Shown here piece by piece: positions 1 to 9,876 of a stretch of DNA of 64,000 nt (position 1 is the first letter of the stretch; each line of letters begins with the position of its first letter). This DNA is from an uncultured Gemmatimonadales bacterium (GTDB taxonomy: Bacteria > Gemmatimonadota > Gemmatimonadetes > Gemmatimonadales > Gemmatimonadaceae): contig OY969695.1 in NCBI GenBank assembly GCA_963701965.1, positions 1,312,001 through 1,376,000 on the forward strand. Reading direction: 5' to 3'. Both the position numbers and the translations under genes were made by a program. Under the pieces are notes generated by a model. The model made no database searches. It had not been told where the DNA came from and worked only from the letters and a program-made list of their open reading frames with translations.

Positions 1-1186
1 CCCCGTCCAATCCGATCCGCGTGATCACGCGCGGGCGGGAGACCTGAAACTCGTATCCCTCCCGGCGCATCGTCTCCATCAAGATCGACAGGTGCAGCTC
101 GCCCCGCCCCGACACCGTCCAGGTATCGGTCGCATCCGTGTCCTGCACGCGCAGCGCGACATTCCGTTCCAGCTCGCGATACAGTCGCTCGCGCACCTGG
201 CGCGACGTCACGAACTTGCCGTCCCGTCCCGCGAACGGCGAGTTGTTGACGAGAAAGTCGACGGAGATGGTCGGCTCTTCGACCGCGATGCCGGCCAAAC
301 GTTCCTGCGTCTCGACATCGGTCACCGTGAGACCGATCTCGACCCCCTCCAAGCCCGCCAGCGCCACCAAGTCTCCGGCCGGCGCAGACGGCACCTCGAC
401 CCGCTCCAATCCCTCGAACAGAAACAACTTCGTCACACGCGCCTGCACGCTCGCCTGGGTGGGATCCAGCGGCAGCAGCGCGACCTGATCCCCGAGATGC
501 ACCGTACCACGCTCGACCCGGCCGATCCCCAAGCGTCCGAGATACGGGGAATAATCGATCGTGGAAATCAGCATTTGGAACGGCCCGTCGGCGTCCTGCG
601 GCGGCGCCGGCACGTGCTCGATGATCGCGTCGAACAAGGGCGCCAGGTCGACCGGGGGCACCGCGAGATCGAGCGTGGCGATCCCCTCACGGGCCGATGC
701 GTAGACGACCGCGGCATCGAGCTGCGCCTCGTCGGCCTCCAACTCAATGAAGAGGTCGAGCACTTCGTCGTGCACGCGCATCGGATCGGCGCCCGGGCGA
801 TCGATCTTGTTGATGACGACGATGGGGACCCGACCCAACGCCAGGGCCTTGCGCAGCACGAACCGGGTTTGCGGCATGGGTCCGTCAAACGCGTCGACGA
901 CCAACAACACGCCATTCACCATGCGCAGAATCCGCTCGACCTCACCGCCGAAATCGGCGTGCCCCGGCGTGTCGACGATGTTGATCTTCGTCTCGCGCCA
1001 GTGGACCGACGTGTTCTTGGCGAGGATGGTGATGCCCCGCTCGCGCTCCAGCGGGTTGGAATCCATGACCCGCTCCTCGACCACTTGATTCTCGCGGAAC
1101 GCGCCGGCTTGCCGGAGCATCTTGTCCACGAGGGTCGTCTTACCGTGGTCGACGTGCGCGATGATGGCGATGTTGCGGATCTGCAT
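1..1186 (-). CDS. typA: Translational GTPase TypA/BipA (3' end outside window)
   Basis: Manual translation from ATG at 1186: [24 protein letters not shown]...[12 protein letters not shown]...[14 protein letters not shown]. Absent from the ORF track because it runs off the edge. Confidence 0.95.
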   Translation of the reverse strand, partial: MQIRNIAIIAHVDHGKTTLVDKMLRQAGAFRENQVVEERVMDSNPLERERGITILAKNTSVHWRETKINIVDTPGHADFGGEVERILRMVNGVLLVVDAFDGPMPQTRFVLRKALALGRVPIVVINKIDRPGADPMRVHDEVLDLFIELEADEAQLDAAVVYASAREGIATLDLAVPPVDLAPLFDAIIEHVPAPPQDADGPFQMLISTIDYSPYLGRLGIGRVERGTVHLGDQVALLPLDPTQASVQARVTKLFLFEGLERVEVPSAPAGDLVALAGLEGVEIGLTVTDVETQERLAGIAVEEPTISVDFLVNNSPFAGRDGKFVTSRQVRERLYRELERNVALRVQDTDATDTWTVSGRGELHLSILMETMRREGYEFQVSRPRVITRIGLDG

Positions 1187-1260
1187 AAGCCCACAAATAT
1201 ACCGGGCTCGGGCGGGCTCCTACAACGGCAAACGGTGTCGAAGTATCGAGTGGGTAACCG

Positions 1261-2865
1261 CTAGCGCTTCACCGTTGGCCGCCCGGACTTGCCCGGCGCC
1301 GGCGGACCGTCGGTTTTCTTGGGAGCGGGCTCTTCGCCATCGATGAACGACGCGTCGTGCCCCCGGGACCGGAGCAGGTTGGCGAACCCCGTCTTGTCCT
1401 GGGCCTTGATGTAGGCTTCCTTCGGCTCGACCAGATGCTGGTCGACGAGGTCGATCAGCGAGTCGTTCATCGTCGTCATGCCGAGCTTGCGCGACGTCTG
1501 CATGACCGAGGGGATCTGAAAGGTCTTCCCTTCGCGAATCAGGTTGGACACCGCGGGGATCGTCAGCAGGATCTCGCGCGCCGCCACGCGGCCGCCGCCG
1601 ATCTTGGGCAGCAGCACCTGGGCGATCACCCCGCGTAAGGATTCGGAGAGCATGATCCGGATCTGCTCCTGCCGGTCCGCGGGGAACTGGTCGATGACGC
1701 GATCAATCGTGCTGGGCGCCGTCGTGGTGTGCAGCGTCCCGAATACCAAGTGGCCGGTCTCGGCCGTCTCGATAGCGATCGAAACGGTCTCCAGGTCGCG
1801 CAGCTCGCCGACCAGCACGATATCGGGGTCCTCGCGCAGCGCGGCCCGGAGGGCGCTCCGAAACGAGTTCGTGTGGACACCCACCTGCCGCTGCGTGATC
1901 AAGCACTTCTTGTTGCGGTGCACGAACTCGATCGGGTCCTCGATCGTGATCACGTGGTCGTTGCGCATCCGGTTGACGAGGTCGACCAGCGCGCACAGCG
2001 TCGTGGACTTGCCGGACCCGGTCGGGCCGGTGACCAGTACCAGCCCCTTGCTCAGATAGCAGAGATTCTGCACTTCCTGCGAGATGCCGAGTTGCTCGAC
2101 GGTCACGACATCGGCCGGAATGACACGAAAGACGCCCGCGGCGCCTTTGCGCTCGCGCAGGGCGTTGCACCGGAACCGGGCGACGTTCTCGATCTCGTAG
2201 GCGTAGTCGGCGTCGTTCTTGTCGGCGAACTCCTGGCGCGTGCGGGGCGGCATGATGGCCTTGAGCATCAGCTCGAGGGACCCGTTGTCCAGCTCGGGAT
2301 AGCCTTCGAGGCGGATCATCTGGCCGTCGACGCGGATGAGCGGCGGCTCGCCACACCGGAGGTGCAGGTCGGAAGCGCCGCGTTCCACGAGCATGGCCAG
2401 CAGCTTGTCCATGTCGGCAAGGGCCGCGGCGGCCCGCTCCTCTTCGGTCTGGGCGTGGCCGAGCTGCTGGTCGATCACGAGACCGCCGGACAGCCGGGGC
2501 TCGGGCAGATCCTCGCTGGCCTGGGCGGTCTCGGATTCGTGCGCGCCGTTGCCGTTTTCTTCGTCGGCGTGTTGCACGATCGAGGCATGCCAGCGCCCGC
2601 CGGTCAGGGCGGTCTTGACGAAGAAGTCGCCGTCGCTGTTGGCGTAGCGGAACGAGGCCGGGGTCCCGCTGTCGAGCTGCTTGGCCGAGGGGGGCGGCGC
2701 GATCTCTTTGAGGAGCATCAGGAGCTGCGCGGCCGACAGGGGCTGCCGGGTGATCGGGCGCGGGTTGCCCTCCTTCTGGAGGGTGGCGACGTCGCCCTCG
2801 ATCAGGAGGATCGAGTCCGCATGGTTGCCCACCATGACGGACAGGAAGCGATCGAGTTGGGCCAT
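1261..2865 (-). CDS. pilT: Type IV pilus retraction ATPase, PilT family, with an extra N-terminal domain
   Basis: ASDLHL, Walker A GPTGSGKSTT, TIEDPIE, LREDPDIVLVGELRD, TGHLVFGTLH and AVSNLIRE motifs. Confidence 0.93.
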   Translation of the reverse strand: MAQLDRFLSVMVGNHADSILLIEGDVATLQKEGNPRPITRQPLSAAQLLMLLKEIAPPPSAKQLDSGTPASFRYANSDGDFFVKTALTGGRWHASIVQHADEENGNGAHESETAQASEDLPEPRLSGGLVIDQQLGHAQTEEERAAAALADMDKLLAMLVERGASDLHLRCGEPPLIRVDGQMIRLEGYPELDNGSLELMLKAIMPPRTRQEFADKNDADYAYEIENVARFRCNALRERKGAAGVFRVIPADVVTVEQLGISQEVQNLCYLSKGLVLVTGPTGSGKSTTLCALVDLVNRMRNDHVITIEDPIEFVHRNKKCLITQRQVGVHTNSFRSALRAALREDPDIVLVGELRDLETVSIAIETAETGHLVFGTLHTTTAPSTIDRVIDQFPADRQEQIRIMLSESLRGVIAQVLLPKIGGGRVAAREILLTIPAVSNLIREGKTFQIPSVMQTSRKLGMTTMNDSLIDLVDQHLVEPKEAYIKAQDKTGFANLLRSRGHDASFIDGEEPAPKKTDGPPAPGKSGRPTVKR

Positions 2866-2866
2866 C

Positions 2867-3331
2867 TCAGTCGGCGGCCGGCCGAACGTGTTCGATGAGC
2901 GTTCGATTGATCAGGCAGACGCCGCCCGCCGCGTAGAGGACGACGAACCGCTGGGCGTAGCGGTTCAGGAAATCGAGGAGGCGGGGGCGCTGCGCCGGCA
3001 TCTCCAAATACACCTCGCCCGTGCGGGTCGCGCCATCGGTCAGCGTGACTTCCACGGCCACCCGCTGGGCGCCCGTTTCGGCGTAGGCCTTCTCGAAATC
3101 GCCGCGCACGACCACTTCGCGGACCTGATCCTTCGCCACCAACAGCGTCCCGCCTTCCTGGGCCAAAGGAAAGAACGCCTCTTCCCCATTCAACACGTCT
3201 GGAATCTCTTCGCGACCGACGCGGTTTGGGGACAAAGTCTGGACGAACATGGATCCGTTCAACTCCTCGCCCCCGAGCATGGTGAGAGACACGGGAACGC
3301 GGAGTTTGTCGATGCGGAAGTCAGTCGTCAT
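2867..3331 (-). CDS. Hypothetical protein with two similar halves, directly upstream of pilT
   Basis: 154-aa ORF ending 1 nt before the pilT start. Internal repeat: V-(S/E)-x-T-x-x-x-G...G-x-(M/V)-(F/Y)...D-x-L-N. Confidence 0.7.
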   Translation of the reverse strand: MTTDFRIDKLRVPVSLTMLGGEELNGSMFVQTLSPNRVGREEIPDVLNGEEAFFPLAQEGGTLLVAKDQVREVVVRGDFEKAYAETGAQRVAVEVTLTDGATRTGEVYLEMPAQRPRLLDFLNRYAQRFVVLYAAGGVCLINRTLIEHVRPAAD

Positions 3332-3425
3332 GTGGACGGAACGGTCGCGCCGTATCTGGCAAATGACGCCCCAGGACCGGCTTGGTCACTGCCCGCCCGG
3401 TCTGGTGCCACAGTCCCGCCAGTCG

Positions 3426-4412
3426 TCAGGCGTGCACATGCGATTCCCGCTCCGCCATCTCCCGGCTCTCGATCTGCACCGTCACGTGCTCGATGCCGAA
3501 CAGGCGCATCGCGTCGTGCACGTGCTCCAGCACATGCTGCTGGCGCGCCGGTTCGCGGACGAGCGCATGCGCACTCATGGCGATGACGCCAAATGTGACG
3601 GACCACACGTGGAGGTCATGGACCGACTCGACGCCCGGAATGGCGACGAGTTGGGCGCGCACGGCGCCGAGCGAGATGTGCGAGGGAGTGGACTCGAGCA
3701 GGATGTCCACGGATTCCCGGACAATGCGCCACGACCCGCGGACAATGAGGATGGTCATGACGATCGACGCGATCGGGTCGGCCTGCTGCCACCCGGTCGC
3801 CCGGATGATGATCGCCGCCGCGACCGCGCCAAGACTGCCCAGCAAGTCGCCGAGGACATGCAGGTACGCGCTGCGCATGTTGAGGCTCTCCTCCGCGCCT
3901 CCATGCAGCACGACGGCCGAGCCGAGGTTCGTGACCACACTCGCGGCCGCGACCACCAGCATGAGACCGCTCCCCACCACGGTCGGATGCCTGAGGCGCA
4001 CGACGGCCTCGGAGATGATCCAGGCCGAGACCACGAGCAGCGTCGCACCATTCAAGAACGCCGCCAAGATCTCCCAGCGCAGATACCCGTAGGTCTTTTC
4101 CGGTGTCTCCGGTTGTCGGCTGAACCAGGCGACGAACAACGACAACGACAGCGCCGCGACGTCGGTGAACATGTGCCCGGCGTCGGCGAGCAACGTGAGC
4201 GAGTGTGACAGCACGCCGCCCACGATCTCGGCGACCATGAACAACGCCGTGAGCAAGAGGGCAATACGCAGCCGCCGCGCGCCGGCGTCGCCGCCGCCGT
4301 GGAAATGCACATGCCCCGACCCGTGCACGTGGCCGTGGCCGTGATCGTGCCCATGATCGTGCGTGTGGCCGTGTCCCGCCGCGCCGGCGCCTTGCTGGCG
4401 CAGGTGCGTCAT
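3426..4412 (-). CDS. Cation diffusion facilitator (CzcD/ZitB-like Zn/Co/Cd exporter) with His-rich N-terminus
   Basis: SLTLLADAGHMFTD, TYGYLRWEILAA, SAYLHVLGD and VHDLHVW motifs; (HG/HD)n N-terminal tract; ATG at 4412. Confidence 0.92.
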   Translation of the reverse strand: MTHLRQQGAGAAGHGHTHDHGHDHGHGHVHGSGHVHFHGGGDAGARRLRIALLLTALFMVAEIVGGVLSHSLTLLADAGHMFTDVAALSLSLFVAWFSRQPETPEKTYGYLRWEILAAFLNGATLLVVSAWIISEAVVRLRHPTVVGSGLMLVVAAASVVTNLGSAVVLHGGAEESLNMRSAYLHVLGDLLGSLGAVAAAIIIRATGWQQADPIASIVMTILIVRGSWRIVRESVDILLESTPSHISLGAVRAQLVAIPGVESVHDLHVWSVTFGVIAMSAHALVREPARQQHVLEHVHDAMRLFGIEHVTVQIESREMAERESHVHA

Positions 4413-4457
4413 GCGCACCCCTGGCTTCGCCCGCCAGATGGGCCATACCTTGCCATC

Positions 4458-5771
4458 GTGCTCGCCCGATTGCTCGTCATCGGTATGCTCGTGCTCCTCA
4501 ACGGGTTTTTCGTTGGCGCCGAGTTCGCGCTGGTGCGATCGCGGCGGACCCGATTGGAGGCGATGAGTCGCGGCGGAGACCGCCTCGCCGCGCTCGCCCT
4601 CCGCGCTACATCTAACATACCGTCGCTGCTCTCGGCCAGTCAGCTCGGCGTGACGCTCACCAGCCTGGGTCTGGGGTGGGTCGGCGAGTCCACGTTCACC
4701 ACGCTGGTCGGCGATACGCTGGACCGCCTGCCCATCGCGCTCCGGGTCTCGGTCCGGCTGACGATCGCCGCCGCCGTGGCGCTCTTCATCGTCACCTACC
4801 TGCACATCGTGTTCGGCGAGCTCACGCCGAAGGCCGCCGCCCTCCGGCACCCGGAGCGCCTCGCCCGCTGGTTCCTTCCCCCGCTCATGTTGTGGGCGGC
4901 GATGACATCCCCGTTCACCGCGACGCTCGTCCGCTCCGCCGAAATCGTGTTGCGACTCCTCGGCGCCCGCACCGAGACGCCAGCGGAAGACAGCGTCCAT
5001 TCGCCGGAAGAGCTCCGGCTGCTCGTCGAGCAGAGCCAGGAGCTGGGCGCGTTGGAACGCCAGGACGCGGCGCTCATCGAAGGGGTCTTCGAGTTCTCGG
5101 AGAAGAACGCGCGGGAGGTTATGACGCCCCGCACGGAGATCGTGGCGCTGCCGGTCGACGCCTCGCTTACCGAGACGCTCGCGGTCGTCAACGAGACGAG
5201 CTTCTCGCGCTACCCGGTCTACGAAGAAACGATCGACGACATCATCGGCATCGTCCTCGCCAAGGACCTGCTCAAGGTCGACCGCGACCGGCCCAATGCG
5301 TTCGCGCTGCGCGCGATCGTGCGCCACGTGCACGTCGTGCCGGGGTCACGGGAGGTCGAAGAAGTATTGTCGGACTTCAAGCGCCTGAAGGAGCACATGG
5401 CCATCGTGCTCGACGAGTACGGCGGCACCGCCGGCATCGTGACGATGGAAGATCTGCTGGAGGAGATCGTCGGCGAGATTCTGGATGAGTACGATGAATC
5501 GGCGCCGCCGGAGCCCGTCACCCAGCCCGGCGAGATCGTCGTGCCGGGCGGCACGAATATCGGGGAGTTGAATGACCGGTATGGGCTGACCGTGCCGGAC
5601 GAGGACTACACTACCGTCGGCGGCTACGTCTTCGGCGCGCTCGGCCGGCTGCCGGTGGTCGGGGACCGGGTCTCGGCCGGAGGCGCGACGTTCGTAGTGC
5701 GGGAGATGAACGGGCGGCGCATCGAGACGCTGGCCATGCTGGAGCGCCTCCCGCACGCCGCTAGGGAGTAG
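4458..5771 (+). CDS. Hemolysin/CNNM-family protein (DUF21 + CBS pair + CorC domain)
   Basis: [59 protein letters not shown] start inferred. Confidence 0.92.
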   Translation: MLARLLVIGMLVLLNGFFVGAEFALVRSRRTRLEAMSRGGDRLAALALRATSNIPSLLSASQLGVTLTSLGLGWVGESTFTTLVGDTLDRLPIALRVSVRLTIAAAVALFIVTYLHIVFGELTPKAAALRHPERLARWFLPPLMLWAAMTSPFTATLVRSAEIVLRLLGARTETPAEDSVHSPEELRLLVEQSQELGALERQDAALIEGVFEFSEKNAREVMTPRTEIVALPVDASLTETLAVVNETSFSRYPVYEETIDDIIGIVLAKDLLKVDRDRPNAFALRAIVRHVHVVPGSREVEEVLSDFKRLKEHMAIVLDEYGGTAGIVTMEDLLEEIVGEILDEYDESAPPEPVTQPGEIVVPGGTNIGELNDRYGLTVPDEDYTTVGGYVFGALGRLPVVGDRVSAGGATFVVREMNGRRIETLAMLERLPHAARE

Positions 5772-7317
5772 ACGTCGGCCCTCGGGCCAGCAACGCCGGC
5801 GCGTTGGCCAGCTCATAGGCGTTGACCGCCATGACGGTGGCCGCTTGCACGAGATCGTCGGGGACCGCGTGGTCGAACGTGTCGACCTGCGAGTGGTGTG
5901 TGTGATTGTAGCCCCGGGTCGCCTGGTCGTAATTGAAGGCGGGCACGCCGTACGGCAGAAACGACAGGTGATCCGTCCCGCCCTTGTTCTGCGACCGTAG
6001 CGCGAAGGGCCCGAGCCCGTCGACCGGGGCGAACAGCTGCTGCCAGGCGTCGTGCAGTTCGTCGCGGCCCTGCAGGGCCATGCCCGTGATGCGACCCGTG
6101 CCGTTGTCCAGCACGAGCACCGCCTGGTATTTGGGCAACTCCGCGGCATGACGGCTCGCGTAGTGCTGCGACCCGAGCAAGCCTTCCTCCTCGCCGGTAA
6201 ACAGGACGAACCGGATCGTGCGCGCGGGCCGGACCTTGCCCGCCGCCAGGATGCGCGCAGCCTCCAAGACGGTGATGGCGCCCGCCCCGTTGTCCGTCGT
6301 GCCGGAGCCCAAATCCCAGGAATCGAGGTGGGCGCCGAGCAGGACGACCTCGTCGGGATGCTGCCGCCCCCGGATCTCGGCGACGGTGTTGTATGCGGGG
6401 AGCGTGTCCACCGTGAGCGTATTCGTGATGTCGGCGCGGAGCGTGACGGTTTGCCCGGCCTGGCGCAACCGAGAGAACATCGCGTACGTCTCGTGGGGCA
6501 GCACGATGTGGGCGATCGGATCGGGGGCCAGCGGCGATCCGCTCATCGTGAGCAATGCGAAATCCTTGGCGCCGTCTTGGAGCATCCCGGCCGCGCCTTC
6601 GTCGGCCAGCAGCGTCGGCAGCTGCCGCAGGAGCGGCCGCTGGCGCTCGGCCTGCGCCGACCAGGCTTTGATCGCCGAGTCGGTGTGCAGGCTGTCGGCA
6701 TGGGACGCCGGGACATCGGGATTCGGCAGCGGGATCGGCGGACGCAGGAGCACCCAAGCGCCGGTCAGACGGCCGCCGTAGCGCTTCGTGAAGTCGGCTG
6801 GCGTGAGGACGCTGGTGTCGATTGCCTCGACGCGGCCGGTCACGGGCCCATTCGTGCCTGGCGCCCACGCCCAGGAGGCGCCCTCCAGCTGTTGGACGTG
6901 CGGCGCGACCATCGTGAGCGTCATGGGGCCGCGCTCCCAGCCTTGCCCGAAGACCCAGGATTCCGTCCAGGCACTGTCGACGCCGTATTCGCGAAACTTG
7001 TCCTCGGTCCAGGCGTTCGCCGTGCGCACGGCCGAGGACCCCGTGAGTCTGGGGCCGATGACATCGGAGAGGTACTGGAGATCCGCCCCAGCGTGCGAAT
7101 GGGTCTGGCCTTGCGCGATCAACGTGCGAATCGTGCCGCTGTCCACCGAGAGCGGGACGGCCGCCTGTGCCGGGAGTGGCTTGGCCGGCGCGGCCGGCGC
7201 GGCCGGCGCCGGCGGCGCATTGGCCGCGGCGGGCGCCGGGGGTGCCTGCGGCACCGACCGGATGCTGATGCATCCCGCGACGCACGCGGTCACGAGCACG
7301 AGGCGTGGCAGGGTCAT
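5761..7317 (-). CDS. Secreted M28-family metallopeptidase (carboxypeptidase Q-like)
   Basis: Signal peptide; GAHLDSWD, GTTDNGAG, FTGEEEGLLGS, GTDH and HHSQVD motifs. Confidence 0.9.
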   Translation of the reverse strand: MTLPRLVLVTACVAGCISIRSVPQAPPAPAAANAPPAPAAPAAPAKPLPAQAAVPLSVDSGTIRTLIAQGQTHSHAGADLQYLSDVIGPRLTGSSAVRTANAWTEDKFREYGVDSAWTESWVFGQGWERGPMTLTMVAPHVQQLEGASWAWAPGTNGPVTGRVEAIDTSVLTPADFTKRYGGRLTGAWVLLRPPIPLPNPDVPASHADSLHTDSAIKAWSAQAERQRPLLRQLPTLLADEGAAGMLQDGAKDFALLTMSGSPLAPDPIAHIVLPHETYAMFSRLRQAGQTVTLRADITNTLTVDTLPAYNTVAEIRGRQHPDEVVLLGAHLDSWDLGSGTTDNGAGAITVLEAARILAAGKVRPARTIRFVLFTGEEEGLLGSQHYASRHAAELPKYQAVLVLDNGTGRITGMALQGRDELHDAWQQLFAPVDGLGPFALRSQNKGGTDHLSFLPYGVPAFNYDQATRGYNHTHHSQVDTFDHAVPDDLVQAATVMAVNAYELANAPALLARGPTSTP

Positions 7318-8219
7318 ATCGGGCTGAGCGTGCGGGTGGAAAGGCGCTCGGCAATGCGGGCGCAGAGGAGTATGGCGGCGATCGTGCTCGACGGGTCGGC
7401 CACGCCGCGGCCGGCAATGTCGAGCGCCGTCCCGTGGTCCGGCAATGTGCGGGGGAACGGGAGGCCCAAGGTGACGTTCACGGCTTCGCCGAAGGAAGCG
7501 ACCTTGATGGCCGTCATGCCCACGTCGTGGTACGGGGCAATGACGGCGTCGAACGCGCCCCGCAGCGCCCGGACGAAGACGGTGTCGGCGGGAAAGGGTC
7601 CGGCGATCCCCGTGGCGCGGGCGGCCGGCGTCAGGACGCGATCATCCTCGTCGCCAAACCGTCCGTGATCGCCGGCGTGCGGATTCAACGCGCAGAGCGC
7701 CAGCCGGGGCTCGGCAATGCCAAACCAACTGCGCAATCCGGCGCGCGCGATCTCCGCGGCCTCGCGGATCGCCTCGGCAGTGACGGCATCGGGCACGTCG
7801 CGGAGAGGGATGTGCGTCGTCGCCAGCACCACGCGCAGGCGGTCCGACGCGAGCATCATGGCGACCCGCGACGCGGTCAGGGAGGCCAGCATTTCCGTGT
7901 GGCCGGGAAAGTCGTATCCGCCGGCGCGCAGCGCGAATTTGTCCAGCGGCGCTGTGACAATGCCGGCCACATCTCCGGCCCGCGCCATCGCGACGGCGCG
8001 CTCAACCGCCAGCCCGCTCAAGAGGCCAGCCTCGGCGGCCGAGCCACCGGGCGGCCAATCGCCAACACTCAGGTCGACCGGCGTGCCGGTCCCCGTTGGC
8101 CCCACAACCACGAGATCAGCCGACGCGGTGACGGCGGCATCACGGCGGGCGGCAGCGACGACCTCGGGTCCGATGCCGCGGGGGTCGCCGAGGGTGATCG
8201 CGAGCCGCGGACGGGCCAA
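7314..8219 (-). CDS. pdxA: 4-hydroxythreonine-4-phosphate dehydrogenase
   Basis: TLGDPRGIGPE, FPGHTE, LNPHAGD, GPFPADT, YHD, NVTLGLP and PDHGTALDIAG. Confidence 0.93.
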   Translation of the reverse strand: MARPRLAITLGDPRGIGPEVVAAARRDAAVTASADLVVVGPTGTGTPVDLSVGDWPPGGSAAEAGLLSGLAVERAVAMARAGDVAGIVTAPLDKFALRAGGYDFPGHTEMLASLTASRVAMMLASDRLRVVLATTHIPLRDVPDAVTAEAIREAAEIARAGLRSWFGIAEPRLALCALNPHAGDHGRFGDEDDRVLTPAARATGIAGPFPADTVFVRALRGAFDAVIAPYHDVGMTAIKVASFGEAVNVTLGLPFPRTLPDHGTALDIAGRGVADPSSTIAAILLCARIAERLSTRTLSPI

Positions 8220-8224
8220 CGACG

Positions 8225-9850
8225 TTACCCGCTCTTCTGGGAAGGCGCGCCGGGCACGTCGAGGCGCACGGACACGTATGTGTCCTTGCGCAGGCCGTCG
8301 AGCAGCCGTCGAATCGAGCGCTCTTCCTGGAGCTGGGCCCGGATCGTTTGGCGGAGATCGCCGACCGTGTAATCGCCGCCCTCCTGCGTGTCGAGGATCT
8401 GCGCGATCACGAATTTCTGCGCCCCGCTCGTGCGGTCCGGGATCGGGAATGGGCCAATGTAGTCACTGCGCCCCTTCCCCAGGAAGGCTTGGGAATAGGT
8501 GGGTGGCAGCGAGTCGCGCGGGAAAGGCTGCAGGCTTCCCTTTTCCTCGTTCGGATCGTGGTAGCGGAGGACGAGGGTGTCGAAGTTGGCGCCGCCTTTC
8601 CAGGCGTTGAGGACGCTGTCGGCAATGAGCTTCGTGACCGCCAGCTGGCCCGAGTCGATCTTCCAGCGGACCAGGATGTGGGACGCTTTGACCTCGCCGG
8701 GACGGACGCGCTCGACCTTGATGATGTGAAATCCGAACGACGTCTCGACCACGGGACTCAATTGGCCGGGTGGCAGCGCGAACATCCAGCGGTCGAATTC
8801 GGGCACCATGTTGCCGCGACGGTTCCAACCGAGGTCTCCGCCAGTCTCGCGGGAGCCCGGATCCTCGGAGATGCGCTTGGCCAGTTCGGCAAAGTCAGCG
8901 CCGTGCTTGAGATCGTTGAGCACAGTGTCGGCCTTGGCGTGCGCCGCGGCTTTGGCGGCGGCCGACGGCTTTGGCGCGATCACGATCTGTCGGAACGTCA
9001 CCGAGGCCGGGCGTCGCGGCAGCTTGTCTTTGTTCTTCTCGAACGCCTCGGACACGTCCTGCTCGCTCACGTTCACCGGGATCAACTTCCCGTCCTGCTT
9101 GAGCTTGTCAATGACGCGCCGTTGGAGCTCACTGCGCTTGGCCTGCTCGACCAGACCCTTCCGGTACTCCTCGGGCGTGCCAAAGCCGGCCTTCTTGAGT
9201 TCGCTCTTGTACTCGGCGTCGCCGGAGAACTGGCTGCGGACGCGTTTGATCTGGTTGTCGACGCCGGACGCGACGTCCTCATCGGCCACGTCGACCTTGA
9301 GGTCCTTGGCCTTTTGGACCAACAGCTCCTGGTCGATCAGGTCGTTCGTAACTTCAGTGACGAGCGCGAACTGCCCGGTCGAGTCGTCGGGGATTTTAAG
9401 TCCCTGGGCGCGCCGGACATTGATGCTCTCCAGCACGCTGCTCCAGAGCACGGGCTGATCGCCGACAATGGCGACGACCCGCTCGAGGGGTATGCTCGGA
9501 CCGAGCGTCTCGGGCGCACCGGGCGGCCCCTTGGCGGGCTCGGCTGGAGTCGCCGTGGCAGGGGCGGCTGGGGCACCGGCGACCACCGGCGCGGGGGCGG
9601 CCGGAGCCGCTGCCCGCGCGGCGGGCGGCGGCGCGGTGGCGGGCGCCGGCGCGGCCTTGGCCTGCGCCGCGGGAATCGGGATCGCGACCGACGGAATCGT
9701 CTGGGTGATCACCGGCTTCGCGGCGGAGTCGTGCGCGGCGGCCGGCGCCGGGGTCGGCGGGGGCGGAGGCGGCGCGGGCTGCTGCGCCGCAGCCGTCGCG
9801 GCAAATGCCGCGACGGCCAGAGTGGGCGCGACGTACGTGAGGAATCGCAT
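8225..9850 (-). CDS. SurA-like parvulin peptidyl-prolyl isomerase with Pro/Ala-rich N-terminal linker
   Basis: Signal peptide; ERVVAIVG (SurA N domain); FAELAKRISEDPGS...GGDLG...MVPEF...TSFGFHII rotamase motif; adjacent to pdxA. Confidence 0.88.
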   Translation of the reverse strand: MRFLTYVAPTLAVAAFAATAAAQQPAPPPPPPTPAPAAAHDSAAKPVITQTIPSVAIPIPAAQAKAAPAPATAPPPAARAAAPAAPAPVVAGAPAAPATATPAEPAKGPPGAPETLGPSIPLERVVAIVGDQPVLWSSVLESINVRRAQGLKIPDDSTGQFALVTEVTNDLIDQELLVQKAKDLKVDVADEDVASGVDNQIKRVRSQFSGDAEYKSELKKAGFGTPEEYRKGLVEQAKRSELQRRVIDKLKQDGKLIPVNVSEQDVSEAFEKNKDKLPRRPASVTFRQIVIAPKPSAAAKAAAHAKADTVLNDLKHGADFAELAKRISEDPGSRETGGDLGWNRRGNMVPEFDRWMFALPPGQLSPVVETSFGFHIIKVERVRPGEVKASHILVRWKIDSGQLAVTKLIADSVLNAWKGGANFDTLVLRYHDPNEEKGSLQPFPRDSLPPTYSQAFLGKGRSDYIGPFPIPDRTSGAQKFVIAQILDTQEGGDYTVGDLRQTIRAQLQEERSIRRLLDGLRKDTYVSVRLDVPGAPSQKSG

Positions 9851-9876
9851 CACTGTCGCATACCCGCGATATCGCG

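Noticed and set aside
3357..3373. Possible sigma-54 promoter (TGGGGCGTCATTTGCC, minus strand) upstream of the pilT unit
   Set aside because: GG-N10-GC spacing fits but the -24 box is a poor match. Too weak in GC-rich DNA.
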